DNA of 64,000 nt from an uncultured Nitrospinota bacterium (GTDB taxonomy: Bacteria; Tectomicrobia; Entotheonellia; J063; CAVPRW01): contig CAVPRW010000009.1 of assembly GCA_963707985.1 (NCBI GenBank), positions 133,055 to 197,054 of the forward strand. Direction: 5' to 3'. Position 1 is the first letter of the stretch, and every line of letters starts with the position of its first letter. Shown piece by piece: positions 10,771 to 19,679 of this stretch. Made by a program: the position numbers and the translations under genes. Under the pieces are notes generated by a model. That model was not told the DNA's origin. It ran no database searches and saw nothing but the letters and a program-made list of their open reading frames with translations.

Positions 10771-11046
10771 AGCCTTATGGTCCTCCCCGTCGTGCTTGTG
10801 GTTCTCCTGTTGCAGTTACCTGCGTCTGCCTAGGACGCGGCCCCACCTGTAGAAGGCAAGCGTGTCACTTCATGCCCATGAGGCCTCGTAAGCGGCACGA
10901 ATATGCTTCGCAACCGGGCCTCATCTCGGCCCCGATGGTAGCAGGAACTGATGTGCTGGACAAGCGGAAATTGCTACTGGTCGCTTTTTCTGATAGTGTG
11001 CGGTCTTAGACCGGCAGGGAAGTTTCCTCCAGCCTGAGGCCGATCG

Positions 11047-11742
11047 ATGCGACGGCGTGCCGAGGGAGTTATTGCCATGGGACTTCCATCCAGAAAACCA
11101 CGACGCTCGATGCCCCCTTCGCGGTTATCACAGTCACGACAGGCGCGGGCACTATCGTCGCCGCAGGTGGGTATGAAGGCTGTGTTAGAGGCTACGGTGA
11201 GCGTCCCCTGGGAACGCCCTGTGCACACGGCCCGCCTGGCTTTCCTCAGACGTGTGGCACAGCCGGGTGAGGTATCGGTCCACCTGGCTTGCGGTACGGA
11301 TCGCCTCGGATTCATCGATGCAGCGTATGGGCTGACAACTATCCTGACCGATGTCGATTCCGCCTCATTGAACATCCTGGCCCAGCAGTTCGCCGAGTTT
11401 GCCGCGCGGTGCGGTCCCATCCCCGGCACGCTGCAGTGTCGTCAACTCTCGGTGGAAGGGGTGACCTCGGAGGCGGGGTTTGCACCTGGGAGTATCCAGC
11501 ATCTCACTTTGTTGAATCTCTTCAATGCCAACCTCCACTCTGCCTCACACTATTCCCGCCTCATCGACCCTCTGCTGACCGTCATCGCACCATGCGGCAG
11601 TCTCTTCTTTACATCGTCTGAAGCCGATGTATTGCTGCGTCGAGCCCGGGCTCGACAGATGGGACTTAGCAGGCTCGGGGAGATCCAGGGCTATTACGAT
11701 GAGAATATTGTCCTGTTGCAGGTCCACAGCTCATTAGCCTAG
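11047..11742 (+). CDS. Hypothetical protein, possible class I SAM-dependent methyltransferase fold
   Basis: VHLACGTDR and LTDVDS resemble SAM-binding motifs I and II. The start is uncertain. Confidence 0.45.
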   Translation: MRRRAEGVIAMGLPSRKPRRSMPPSRLSQSRQARALSSPQVGMKAVLEATVSVPWERPVHTARLAFLRRVAQPGEVSVHLACGTDRLGFIDAAYGLTTILTDVDSASLNILAQQFAEFAARCGPIPGTLQCRQLSVEGVTSEAGFAPGSIQHLTLLNLFNANLHSASHYSRLIDPLLTVIAPCGSLFFTSSEADVLLRRARARQMGLSRLGEIQGYYDENIVLLQVHSSLA

Positions 11743-11763
11743 TCGACCATGACGGCTTGGCGC

Positions 11764-11792
11764 TTTCCTTTCGGGGCGCGCATTCCTATAAT
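11764..11792 (+). promoter_or_regulatory. Putative sigma70 promoter
   Basis: Perfect TATAAT at 11787-11792 with a weak -35 (TTTCCT) 17 nt upstream. Confidence 0.4.
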
Positions 11793-11900
11793 GGCCGCAA
11801 GAAAGATGGGAACGAACGCGGAGTACCACGCAATGTCTGAGCGGCAAGCCTCAATCCTCAGCGCCCAGCATTCGGACCTTTATGCAAGGGAGGTTTAACC

Positions 11901-12992
11901 ATGACGAAGAAACTGGCCTTTATGGGGGCTGGCGCAGTTGGTAGTTATATCGGTGGACATTTTTCCCGCCACGGCGCAGATGTGACGCTCATCGATCCCT
12001 GGCCGGACCACATCGAAGCCATCAAACGGGATGGGCTCCACCTGGAAGGGACCCAGGGCGAATATCTCGTGCACCCCAGAGCCTTACACTTGCATGAGGT
12101 GCAGAGTCTCTTCAAAGACCCGGTGGACATCGCTTTCGTCTGCGTGAAATCCTATGACACTATCTGGGCGACGCAAATGATCAGCCAGTACCTGACTCCA
12201 GGTGGATTCATCATCACGCTGCAAAACGGCATCAATGAAGAGCGCATCGCCAGCGTTGTGGGCTGGGGCCGTGTCCTCGGCTGTATCGCCAGCAGCATCA
12301 GCGTCAATGCCTACAAACCAGGCTATGTGACGCGCACGGTGCAACCTGGAGGACCGGGATATACGGTGTTTCGCGCTGGCGAGGTGCACGGGCGGATCAC
12401 GCCACGGCTCGAAGAATTCGTCAAGATGCTGTCGAACATCGACAGCGCCAAAGCGACCACAAACCTCTGGGGAGAGCGCTGGACCAAGCTCGTGGTCAAC
12501 TCCATGGGCAATGGCGTATCGGCCATTACCGGCCTGGGAGGTAAGGGTATGGCGCTCAACCCCGACGTCCGACGGCTGTCGACCCAGCTCGGTGGCGAAG
12601 CGGTCGCCGTCGGGCAGGCCCTGGGTTTCAACCTCGAGTCGATTCGTGGCTCGGAGCCGGATGTATTGAAAGCCGCGGCCCATGGAGATCGGCAAGCCTT
12701 CGAGCAGGTCGAAGCCGCGATACTCAAAGGTCTGCCGCGCATGACCGAGGAGGGACGCCCTTCCACCGGTCAGGATATCGTCAAGGGACGGCGCACGGAG
12801 ATCGACTTCATTAACGGCTTGGTCGCCGATAAGGGTGACGAGGCGGGGATCCCAACCCCAACGCACAGGGCGCTGGTCGAAGTGGTCAAGCAGGTGGAGC
12901 GCAAAGAGGTCGAACCCGACCCCAGCCTGGTCCATCGCGTCTGGAAGCTGGCTGGGATGGAGCCGATGCCGGTGGCGCCAGCGGCCTCGTAA
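11901..12992 (+). CDS. Ketopantoate reductase (PanE/ApbA) family protein
   Basis: GAGAVG Rossmann motif, VKSYDT, LQNG, WTKLVVN, STGQD, RTEIDFING. GGAGG RBS upstream. Confidence 0.9.
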   Translation: MTKKLAFMGAGAVGSYIGGHFSRHGADVTLIDPWPDHIEAIKRDGLHLEGTQGEYLVHPRALHLHEVQSLFKDPVDIAFVCVKSYDTIWATQMISQYLTPGGFIITLQNGINEERIASVVGWGRVLGCIASSISVNAYKPGYVTRTVQPGGPGYTVFRAGEVHGRITPRLEEFVKMLSNIDSAKATTNLWGERWTKLVVNSMGNGVSAITGLGGKGMALNPDVRRLSTQLGGEAVAVGQALGFNLESIRGSEPDVLKAAAHGDRQAFEQVEAAILKGLPRMTEEGRPSTGQDIVKGRRTEIDFINGLVADKGDEAGIPTPTHRALVEVVKQVERKEVEPDPSLVHRVWKLAGMEPMPVAPAAS

Positions 12993-13018
12993 CCGCAGCG
13001 TACATGCGCTCTTTTGCC

Positions 13019-13114
13019 TCCCTCTCCCACTGGGAGATGGCCGGGGTGAGGGGAACCATTCTGCTGGATCGTGCCCTACGGCCCTCACCCTTCCCATCTG
13101 CCAGAGGGAAAGGG
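13019..13114. repeat. Inverted pair of REP-like palindromes
   Basis: CCTCTCCC-N3-GGGAGATGGCCGGGGTGAGGG and a degenerate inverted copy starting CCCTCACCC. Same family as 36004-36098. Confidence 0.7.
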
Positions 13115-13201
13115 CTAAACGTCTGGTCCTTAACCGGACGCCCACCTGACCAGGAGAGGACAGTTTCCTGTAAATCTCAACTTGATACGGAGGGACGTGC
13201 G

Positions 13202-14623
13202 ATGCTTGATTATGTGATTCGAGGTGGGCAGGTGGTGACCCCCTGGGGGGTGGGCGACTGGGATGTAGCCATTCAGGGCGAGAAGATCGTCGCCGTCGCG
13301 GCGCCAGGCACGCTCACGGGCGACATCGGGCGGGTCATCGACGCCAGTGGCAAGGTGGTCATTCCGGGAGGCATCGAGCCGCATGCCCACATTGCCGCGC
13401 CCATCATGGGCTTCCCCGGCATGGAGACCGCCCCACCGGAGCAGGTCACCCGTGCGGCCCTGTTTGGTGGCACGACCACCCTGGTCGATTTCGCCATCCA
13501 GCGGCCCGGCAACGATCTCTTCCAGGCCCTGGAGGAGCGCCACGGACGCTGGAAAGGGCAGGCATACGCCGATTACTCGTACCATGTGATGCTGCTCCCC
13601 GACATCTCTACCGCGACGGTGGCCCAGGTCAAGACAAGCATCGCCGAGGGCTTCCCCAGCTTTAAAATTTTCACCACGAATATCCGCCCTTTGAACCGCA
13701 CTGAACCTCGCATGGTGGGGATGGGGCAGCTGTCGGCAGTCATGGAACAGGTGGCGGCGCATAATGGCATCATGGCCATCCACTCTGAAGACGACGACAT
13801 CGTCCAGCATATGTATAAGAAACTCACCGAGGAAAACCGCACCGAATGGCACAACATGCATCATGTCCACAATAATATGTCCGAGGATGTGTCTTTCCGG
13901 CGCGTCATCCGCCTGGCGGAGTGGACGGGCGCGGCGGTGTATTTCGTCCATGTCAGCGCCAGGGAGGGCGTGCGCGCCATCCAGGAAGCACGCGGCAAGG
14001 GCCTGCCGGTGTATGGCGAGACCTTGCACAATTATGTGAGCTTCAGCGCCGACGACTACAAGCAAGACAACGGCATGAAGTATCACACCTATCCATCGTT
14101 GAAGTCGAACGAAGATCGCCTGGCCCTCTGGGATGGACTGCTACGGAACGATCTGCAGACTATGGCCACGGATGAGTATTGCACCACCTTCGCCTTCAAG
14201 ATTCAAGGTCAGCGGATAGATGACGTGACCGGTGGCCACAACGGAGCAGAGACCCGCGTCGGCATCACCTATAACGAAGGCGTGGTCAAACGCAGCATGT
14301 CGCTCCCACGCTTTGTCGATGTGGTGTCAGCCAATGCGGCGCGATTACTGGGGCTGTATCCGCGCAAGGGTGCGATCGCACCGGGGAGTGACGCGGATAT
14401 CGTGTTCATCGACCCGAGCATCCAGAAGAAACTCAGCATGGCCGACTTGCATATCAGCGATTACAGCATTTGGGAAGGCTGGGACATCCGCGGCTGGCCC
14501 TCGTTCACCATGCTGCGTGGCAAGATCATGGTGGAAGGAGGCCAGCTCGTTGGCAAATTGGGGGATGGCCAACTCATTCCGCGCAAAATCGACCCCACCG
14601 TGCTGAACCGCCCGGCTTTTTGA
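13202..14623 (+). CDS. Dihydropyrimidinase/hydantoinase-like cyclic amidohydrolase
   Basis: PGGIEPHAH, ALFGGTTT, FKIF (carboxy-Lys), IHSED, VHVS, GLYPRKGAIAPGSDADIV. Confidence 0.9.
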   Translation: MLDYVIRGGQVVTPWGVGDWDVAIQGEKIVAVAAPGTLTGDIGRVIDASGKVVIPGGIEPHAHIAAPIMGFPGMETAPPEQVTRAALFGGTTTLVDFAIQRPGNDLFQALEERHGRWKGQAYADYSYHVMLLPDISTATVAQVKTSIAEGFPSFKIFTTNIRPLNRTEPRMVGMGQLSAVMEQVAAHNGIMAIHSEDDDIVQHMYKKLTEENRTEWHNMHHVHNNMSEDVSFRRVIRLAEWTGAAVYFVHVSAREGVRAIQEARGKGLPVYGETLHNYVSFSADDYKQDNGMKYHTYPSLKSNEDRLALWDGLLRNDLQTMATDEYCTTFAFKIQGQRIDDVTGGHNGAETRVGITYNEGVVKRSMSLPRFVDVVSANAARLLGLYPRKGAIAPGSDADIVFIDPSIQKKLSMADLHISDYSIWEGWDIRGWPSFTMLRGKIMVEGGQLVGKLGDGQLIPRKIDPTVLNRPAF

Positions 14624-14632
14624 GGGTTTTCT

Positions 14633-14673
14633 CTGATCCCAACCCTCTCCTGCTGGGAGAGGGTTGGGATCAG
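14633..14673. repeat. 18-bp perfect hairpin (REP-like or terminator) after the hydantoinase gene
   Basis: CTGATCCCAACCCTCTCC-TGCTG-GGAGAGGGTTGGGATCAG. Confidence 0.75.
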
Positions 14674-14851
14674 GCGATGCTCATGAGGGGCCTTCGAGCC
14701 AGACCACAGATAGGGAGATCACGACTTTCATTGAGGAATTGCAAGCAGGAGGTTTGGGCAAAGCCATGTCGGGGGCAATAGGCGGATGTCTAGAGCGTCC
14801 ATACGGGCGAAAAGATAAATGTCAATTTTTTGGCTAAACAGGGTTGGGGCA

Positions 14852-15038
14852 TTTGCCACGGCGTAGCCGACCATCCAGCGCTATGTAGCCATGCACGGGC
14901 TCGGCGAAGGCCAGCTTGAGGGGATTGCCAAAGGGGATGTCTTCGCCAGAAGACTGTCATCCACCAGCTGTTTGGAGTGGCTGCATCACCGAGCTCACGA
15001 CCCTCTTCTCACACTCGCCTTAGTTTTTGCATCACAAC
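14852..15038 (+). mobile_element. IS6-family transposase C-terminal remnant with degenerate terminal repeat
   Basis: AMHGLGEGQLEGIAKGDV...QLFGVAA resembles the IS6 C-terminus. It is followed by TTTTTGCATCACAAC, close to the IS6 end TTTGCAACA. Confidence 0.6.
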
Positions 15039-15039
15039 G

Positions 15040-15140
15040 GTTTAAAGTGCATTCAGTAACGACATTTCGGCATGAAATTCATGGCGTTCGCCTTGATCAA
15101 TGTGCGGGAGTTCTGCGATGCCTAAAACTCGCAACCAGTT
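15040..15140 (+). mobile_element. IS5-like transposase C-terminal remnant and element end
   Basis: RHFGMKFMAFALINVREFCDA* followed by AAACTCGCAACCAGTT. The same 16-mer and a similar peptide recur at 42130-42210. The family assignment is from memory. Confidence 0.5.
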
Positions 15141-15424
15141 TATAGATAAAAAATAACCACTATTGTTCAAAACCGAACATCGTTTGAACCTATGGGAAAT
15201 AGGCGTAATTCAGAATTTTCCCCGCCCCAGAAGTCGCCTGCCTGTTGAATCCTGCGCATCGTTACCAGGCATCCTGGTCCACCTCCATATGTCTCCTGGG
15301 ATTCTCACCGCATCACATGGTGGGTCGCTCTCTTTTCCGATCCTCTTCTATTATATGAACTTCCTCGCTGCACTCTATAGTTGTCTATCACCTTAGTATG
15401 GATAACACCACCGATCATTCCCGC

Positions 15425-15441
15425 TTGGCATCATTCTTGAG
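15425..15441 (+). promoter_or_regulatory. Possible sigma54-type promoter upstream of the RiPP precursor
   Basis: TTGGCATCATTCTTGA gives GG-N10-GA; the conserved -12 GC is GA here. Confidence 0.3.
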
Positions 15442-15539
15442 TATAAGAAAAAGTGGCGACTCGACGTCAGTCCCATCGTGAAAGGTGATTCGTAAGAACC
15501 AATGGAAACGCTTTGCTGCGCAATGCAGCCATGGAGACA

Positions 15540-15674
15540 ATGATGGAAATCAAAGATAAAGTCGAGAACGAGGTGCAAGAGCCACAGCAGGAAGAAACGA
15601 CTCAGAAGCGCGCTATGAAGATCCGACTGAAGACAGGCATCATGGCAGGTCGGATTATGGCCGTTCACCTGTAA
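15540..15674 (+). CDS. Putative RiPP precursor peptide, 44 aa: MMEIKDKVENEVQEPQQEETTQKRAMKIRLKTGIMAG-RIMAVHL
   Basis: Translated by hand; it is below the ORF-track cutoff. GGAG RBS at 15533-15536, acidic leader, Ala-Gly (double-Gly-like) site, downstream hairpin, and position ahead of RRE-oxidase and C39 transporter genes. Confidence 0.8.
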   Translation: MMEIKDKVENEVQEPQQEETTQKRAMKIRLKTGIMAGRIMAVHL

Positions 15675-15696
15675 GCCTTTTCAGGCTAGGTGATCT

Positions 15697-15731
15697 GTTC
15701 CGGAGGGCTGCACCTCGCAGCGCTCCGGAAC
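15697..15731 (+). terminator. Stem-loop after the precursor gene (mRNA stabiliser or leaky terminator)
   Basis: GTTCCGGAG-G-GCTGC-ACCTC-GCAGC-G-CTCCGGAAC, with only a weak U-tail. Confidence 0.7.
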
Positions 15732-15864
15732 TCTTGATACATCGTGTCCGGTGATCGCTTCGTTCGTCTCAAAGAGACTCTCGGGCCCTGCGGTGGCCAG
15801 CTTCAGAGCCATGCGTTTCCCGTCGGGGCACACTTAAAGGGTCAAGGTAGAAGGAAACCCAGTC

Positions 15865-16854
15865 GTGCTAACTTCATCCGCTTTTCAGCCACGCTTAGCT
15901 TGCACAATCACGCTTAAAGCCCAGGAGATCTGCCTTGCACGTGAAGGCTTGGAGTTTGCCCTCGAACCCGACGGCTCATCGCCCGAAGAGCTCAAGGCCT
16001 TCCTCTCGTGCCTGGATGGCTCGCGAACGGTGAACGACATCCAAGGGGATTTCGATACCGCTCAGCGCCAAAGGTTCGGAACGCTCTTGGAAGATCTCGA
16101 CCGGTTGCGACTTCTCGATGATGCCAGCACGATCAAAGTGCGCACGGGTTCTCAGGCATTGCTCGAGCTTGAGGACCTTGTGAACGAGGTCATGGAGAAG
16201 ACCCTCAACCGCAATATCTTCTGGACCAACATCTTGGGTGAACCAGGCAAGTGCCCGAAAGGTCCATTTTATGGCCTTGCAATCGAGAACTACCACTTTC
16301 TGTTTCGGGAAAGCCTCTTTGACTCCCCGGTATTACCCTTTGTTCCAAGCGCCCAAGTGCGGCATTTAATGAACGACTTTTACGGTGATGAGTATGGGCA
16401 TGACGAGATCATCGTGCAATCCATGTTTGCTCTCGGCATCAGTCGCGCCGACATTCAAGACATGATGCCGTTGGCCGAGACTCTGGCGCTTTGCAATGCG
16501 CTGTCGTATTGGGCCGCTAACGACCCGGTCTTTTTCTTTGCGACGCTGGGCGTGCTGGAAGGCCTAGATTCGGAAGTCGATCTTTTTATCGAAGCGTGTG
16601 AGAAAAATCGGCTTCCACCTGAGTTCATCAAGCCGATGCGGCAACACTCGGATATCAATCGCAAGGCCGAGCACGGGAACCTGACGCGTCTCATCTTCGC
16701 AGAAATTCCTTTTGTCGATAGTGAAACCGAGGCGCGCATGCGTCGGCAGATGCGCCTGTTTATCGAGATGTACGACGATTTTTACACCGCGATCTGGAAT
16801 TTCTATGCCCCCAGATCCGAGGCGGACCTCGTCCGCCGGATGTCCACCCTCTAG
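15865..16854 (+). CDS. RRE-like domain plus heme-oxygenase-like diiron oxidase (HDO 1)
   Basis: N-terminal LSCLDGSRTV...LLEDLDRLRLL (winged helix/RRE-like). Metal-ligand pattern ENYH, DEYGHD, GVLEG, HSDINRKAEH. Confidence 0.8.
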   Translation: MLTSSAFQPRLACTITLKAQEICLAREGLEFALEPDGSSPEELKAFLSCLDGSRTVNDIQGDFDTAQRQRFGTLLEDLDRLRLLDDASTIKVRTGSQALLELEDLVNEVMEKTLNRNIFWTNILGEPGKCPKGPFYGLAIENYHFLFRESLFDSPVLPFVPSAQVRHLMNDFYGDEYGHDEIIVQSMFALGISRADIQDMMPLAETLALCNALSYWAANDPVFFFATLGVLEGLDSEVDLFIEACEKNRLPPEFIKPMRQHSDINRKAEHGNLTRLIFAEIPFVDSETEARMRRQMRLFIEMYDDFYTAIWNFYAPRSEADLVRRMSTL

Positions 16855-16867
16855 CCGCGAGGTTACC

Positions 16868-17860
16868 ATGACTGTGACGACAAATTTTTTTCAGCAGCCG
16901 CGGCTGCGTGAAGCCGTCAGGCTGCAGATAAGTGGCGAAGGATGCAGCCTTCGTTACCGTGAAGAGGAGTATGCGATCGAGCTTGCGGTAGAGACGCAGT
17001 CCGATGCCACGCATCTCCTTGAACTGCTCCGCCAGGGCGGGCATTCAGTCGCGGAGCTATCGCAAAAGGTGCCATCGATTTCGGGGGAAGTAGGTCGGAT
17101 TTGCCGTGATCTCGACCGTTTCGGGCTGCTCACGGAGACGCTAAACACGCCAGTGGATGCCAAACGCGGCGCACAATTCTATCGGGAGCTCGAACGCTTC
17201 ATCGAACGCGTCAAGCGACGATACAGCACAAGGCCCTTCTATCAAGGTCTCGTCAACGGCACGATTAGCCGCGAGCAGCTCATTGGGTATGCGCTCGAAT
17301 ACTATCATGTCGTGCGCATGTGCCCAGGCCTCCTTGCACCCTGCCTTTCCCATCATGAGTCGCCGAAGACGTTCCACATCTTGCAAGACTTCTTCGTCTC
17401 CGAGCTGAACCACGATAAGCTACTCGCGCGTGCGCTGGAGACCGTGGGTATTGGCAACCGTGAGCTTGAACGCTTGGTGCCGTTGCCGATGACGTTCTCT
17501 GTATGCTGCTCGTTAGGAGTCTACGCCCGCCAGCATCCGATGTCGTTCAAGGCCGCCCTATTCCTGTTCGAGGAGCCCGATCACGAATTCAACGCGGCAT
17601 TCGAACAACGCTGTGATGCGGTGGGCCTGCCCAAAGCCTTTTATATGCCGATCTTCGAGCACGCCTCGATCAACGAGGAGGGCGAGCACGATCAGATTAG
17701 TGAAATGCTCTTCGCCGAAGTGCCGTGTATCTCGGATGAGGAGCAACTCATCGTCAGGCGTCATATGGCCATTCTCTTAGAATCGTTGGTGCTAATGGAT
17801 CAACAGATCGTCACGTATTATGGCGGCCAGGAGCGTGTGATCCCCCGCACCTTCGATTGA
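16868..17860 (+). CDS. RRE-like domain plus heme-oxygenase-like diiron oxidase (HDO 2)
   Basis: Start MTVTT after a GAGG RBS. DLDRFGLLTE, EYYH, SELNHD, FLFEE, HASINEEGEH. Confidence 0.8.
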   Translation: MTVTTNFFQQPRLREAVRLQISGEGCSLRYREEEYAIELAVETQSDATHLLELLRQGGHSVAELSQKVPSISGEVGRICRDLDRFGLLTETLNTPVDAKRGAQFYRELERFIERVKRRYSTRPFYQGLVNGTISREQLIGYALEYYHVVRMCPGLLAPCLSHHESPKTFHILQDFFVSELNHDKLLARALETVGIGNRELERLVPLPMTFSVCCSLGVYARQHPMSFKAALFLFEEPDHEFNAAFEQRCDAVGLPKAFYMPIFEHASINEEGEHDQISEMLFAEVPCISDEEQLIVRRHMAILLESLVLMDQQIVTYYGGQERVIPRTFD

Positions 17861-18050
17861 GGCAAACGGTGGAGGCCTGGTGCATTCATCGGAATCTCAA
17901 GGCTTATGATGACAGGTGGCAGGATGTGATGAGTGTGCTGCTGCAGTTGGATGTGCCCCGCGCCACTGACGCAGAGCGCACAGGAGTCAGCAGGCAGGTT
18001 GGAGTGTTGGTGGAGTATTTCGTGCTCCTGGAGACATAGATCCGAAACCA
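17857..18050 (+). pseudogene. Relic of the C-terminal helices of a further HDO paralogue
   Basis: LDVPRATDAERTGVSRQVGVLVEYFVLLET*IRNH aligns by eye with AEVPCISDEEQLIVRRHMAILLESLVLMDQQIVTY of HDO 2. Confidence 0.5.
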
Positions 18051-18092
18051 CTGCGGAAAGTCCTTTTGCCGCAGTATCTCGGCTGAGGAGTC

Positions 18093-19625
18093 ATGGACAT
18101 GGAAGCCTGGAACATCAAGAAGTACGAGTCGCCCTACCTTGCCATCTCGGGTGTGCACTTGGATAATGACACCCGAGAGGTGATCCTCAAGGAAGGGATC
18201 AATGAATATGTGATCGATCACGGAGATGATGTGACTGGACAGGAAGTGGTCACACGACTGCAGGCCTTGCGAGACCCGAATTCCACCGCTTGGCAGGAGC
18301 TCTTGTCGGCGCCCCCGAGCTCGGCTTGGCGTGATCTGTTAGAGGCAATGGATAATCTGGGCCTGCTGCGTGATGCCGTGAGCGAAGGAGAGAGTCGTCG
18401 CGATGCAGAGATCAGTACGCTTCGTGACTCGATAGCTACTTGCGTCGAGCATGTGTTGTTGGAGGTGAAATCCGCATGGCGTCAGGAGTTATTAGCGAAC
18501 GTAGGTGCACTCAGTCGCCATTGTCTGAGCCTCACCATAGAGCTCTTACGAAATTTGCCGTTGCAGAACTCGCTTGAATTGGGTCATCAGCGTCCGCTCA
18601 GTTTTCCTGAGATTTTTCAGCTGGAGAATTTTTATCAACAGATCGCCATGGTACAGTCATGCTACCAGCGCAGCCATGCACCATTATCACTTGTGTGCTG
18701 CACGTATGCACTGCTGTCACTGACCAAACGCCTTGAAGGCATGGGCCCAGATCCCGCCATTCTGGATGAGTTGCTATGTGAGTTGACTGGCGGCGCCTAT
18801 TCCACGGTAGACGCGCAACGCCATCTCAACGGCCTGGCAGAGTATTTGGTGAGTGGTGTGGACGTCCAAAAGTTCCAGCGCTTTTGCACAGCACAGTATG
18901 AACCCAAGAAGTGCCTGACCGGTATCGAGTTCATGCTGGAGATCGAGCGTCTGGTACGTGAAGTTTCGAGCCGTGTCGGTACGCCCAAGTACTTAGACGC
19001 GCTGATGGCTGAGAATGCTGGTGTGATCTTGGTGCAAGGCCGGTACCTGCAAGACTACCATGTGACGACTCGCTTTCCCGAGATCATCACCGCTATCTTA
19101 CCCAAGCGTCTGAACACCCCTTTGCGTAAGAAGGCGTTCCAGTATTACGCCGAAGAGCTTGGGCATGATGTTTTAGAGTATCAGAGTTGCCGAGAGCTTG
19201 GTCTTACTGATGCCCAGATTCAGCACGCTCAACCGCTGCCGCTACATTATGCTTACGTGGACGTGTTTACGCAGTTGGGTGAGCTGGACCCGGTGGGCTA
19301 TGCGGTCTCCATCCTCGTCACCGAAGGCATGCTCGGAGTCGAGTCCCCGCTAGATGAGCCGTACAAGCGCCTGGTAGGGGAGTTCAGAGCCCTGGACAAA
19401 CACATCTTGCTCAATGAAAAATACCATCATACCAGTATTCCGCGCCTGTTTATGGCGGAGGTGAAATCGGTCTCTCCGGCCACCCAACGTTTAGCTGTAA
19501 GCTATATGCTCTTAGTCCTGGAACTCAATTACCGGGCCTGGGATGATCTCTTGGATCATTATCAGCACGGTGATCAACGTTTCTTACGTGTGTTACCCAA
19601 GGTCTCCGCACTCGTTGAAGTCTGA
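18093..19625 (+). CDS. RRE-like domain, helical insert and heme-oxygenase-like diiron oxidase (HDO 3)
   Basis: AMDNLGLLRD, QDYH, EELGHD, LVTEG, HILLNEKYHH. GAGGAG RBS upstream. Confidence 0.8.
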   Translation: MDMEAWNIKKYESPYLAISGVHLDNDTREVILKEGINEYVIDHGDDVTGQEVVTRLQALRDPNSTAWQELLSAPPSSAWRDLLEAMDNLGLLRDAVSEGESRRDAEISTLRDSIATCVEHVLLEVKSAWRQELLANVGALSRHCLSLTIELLRNLPLQNSLELGHQRPLSFPEIFQLENFYQQIAMVQSCYQRSHAPLSLVCCTYALLSLTKRLEGMGPDPAILDELLCELTGGAYSTVDAQRHLNGLAEYLVSGVDVQKFQRFCTAQYEPKKCLTGIEFMLEIERLVREVSSRVGTPKYLDALMAENAGVILVQGRYLQDYHVTTRFPEIITAILPKRLNTPLRKKAFQYYAEELGHDVLEYQSCRELGLTDAQIQHAQPLPLHYAYVDVFTQLGELDPVGYAVSILVTEGMLGVESPLDEPYKRLVGEFRALDKHILLNEKYHHTSIPRLFMAEVKSVSPATQRLAVSYMLLVLELNYRAWDDLLDHYQHGDQRFLRVLPKVSALVEV

Positions 19626-19679
19626 TGTAAGAGTGCGCGCGATTGCGGCAACGACACTGCATGTATCAGGGATTCTCCT

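Noticed and set aside
12084..14086. Long minus-strand ORFs of 353 and 318 aa
   Set aside because: They are shadows of the well-supported plus-strand genes in GC-rich DNA.
15393..15668. Minus-strand 91-aa hydrophobic ORF
   Set aside because: It is the antisense shadow of the purine-rich precursor gene and has no clear RBS.
16712..16867. Cys-rich N-terminal extension of HDO 2 as a possible precursor
   Set aside because: It overlaps HDO 1 in another frame. The RBS-supported start is 16868.
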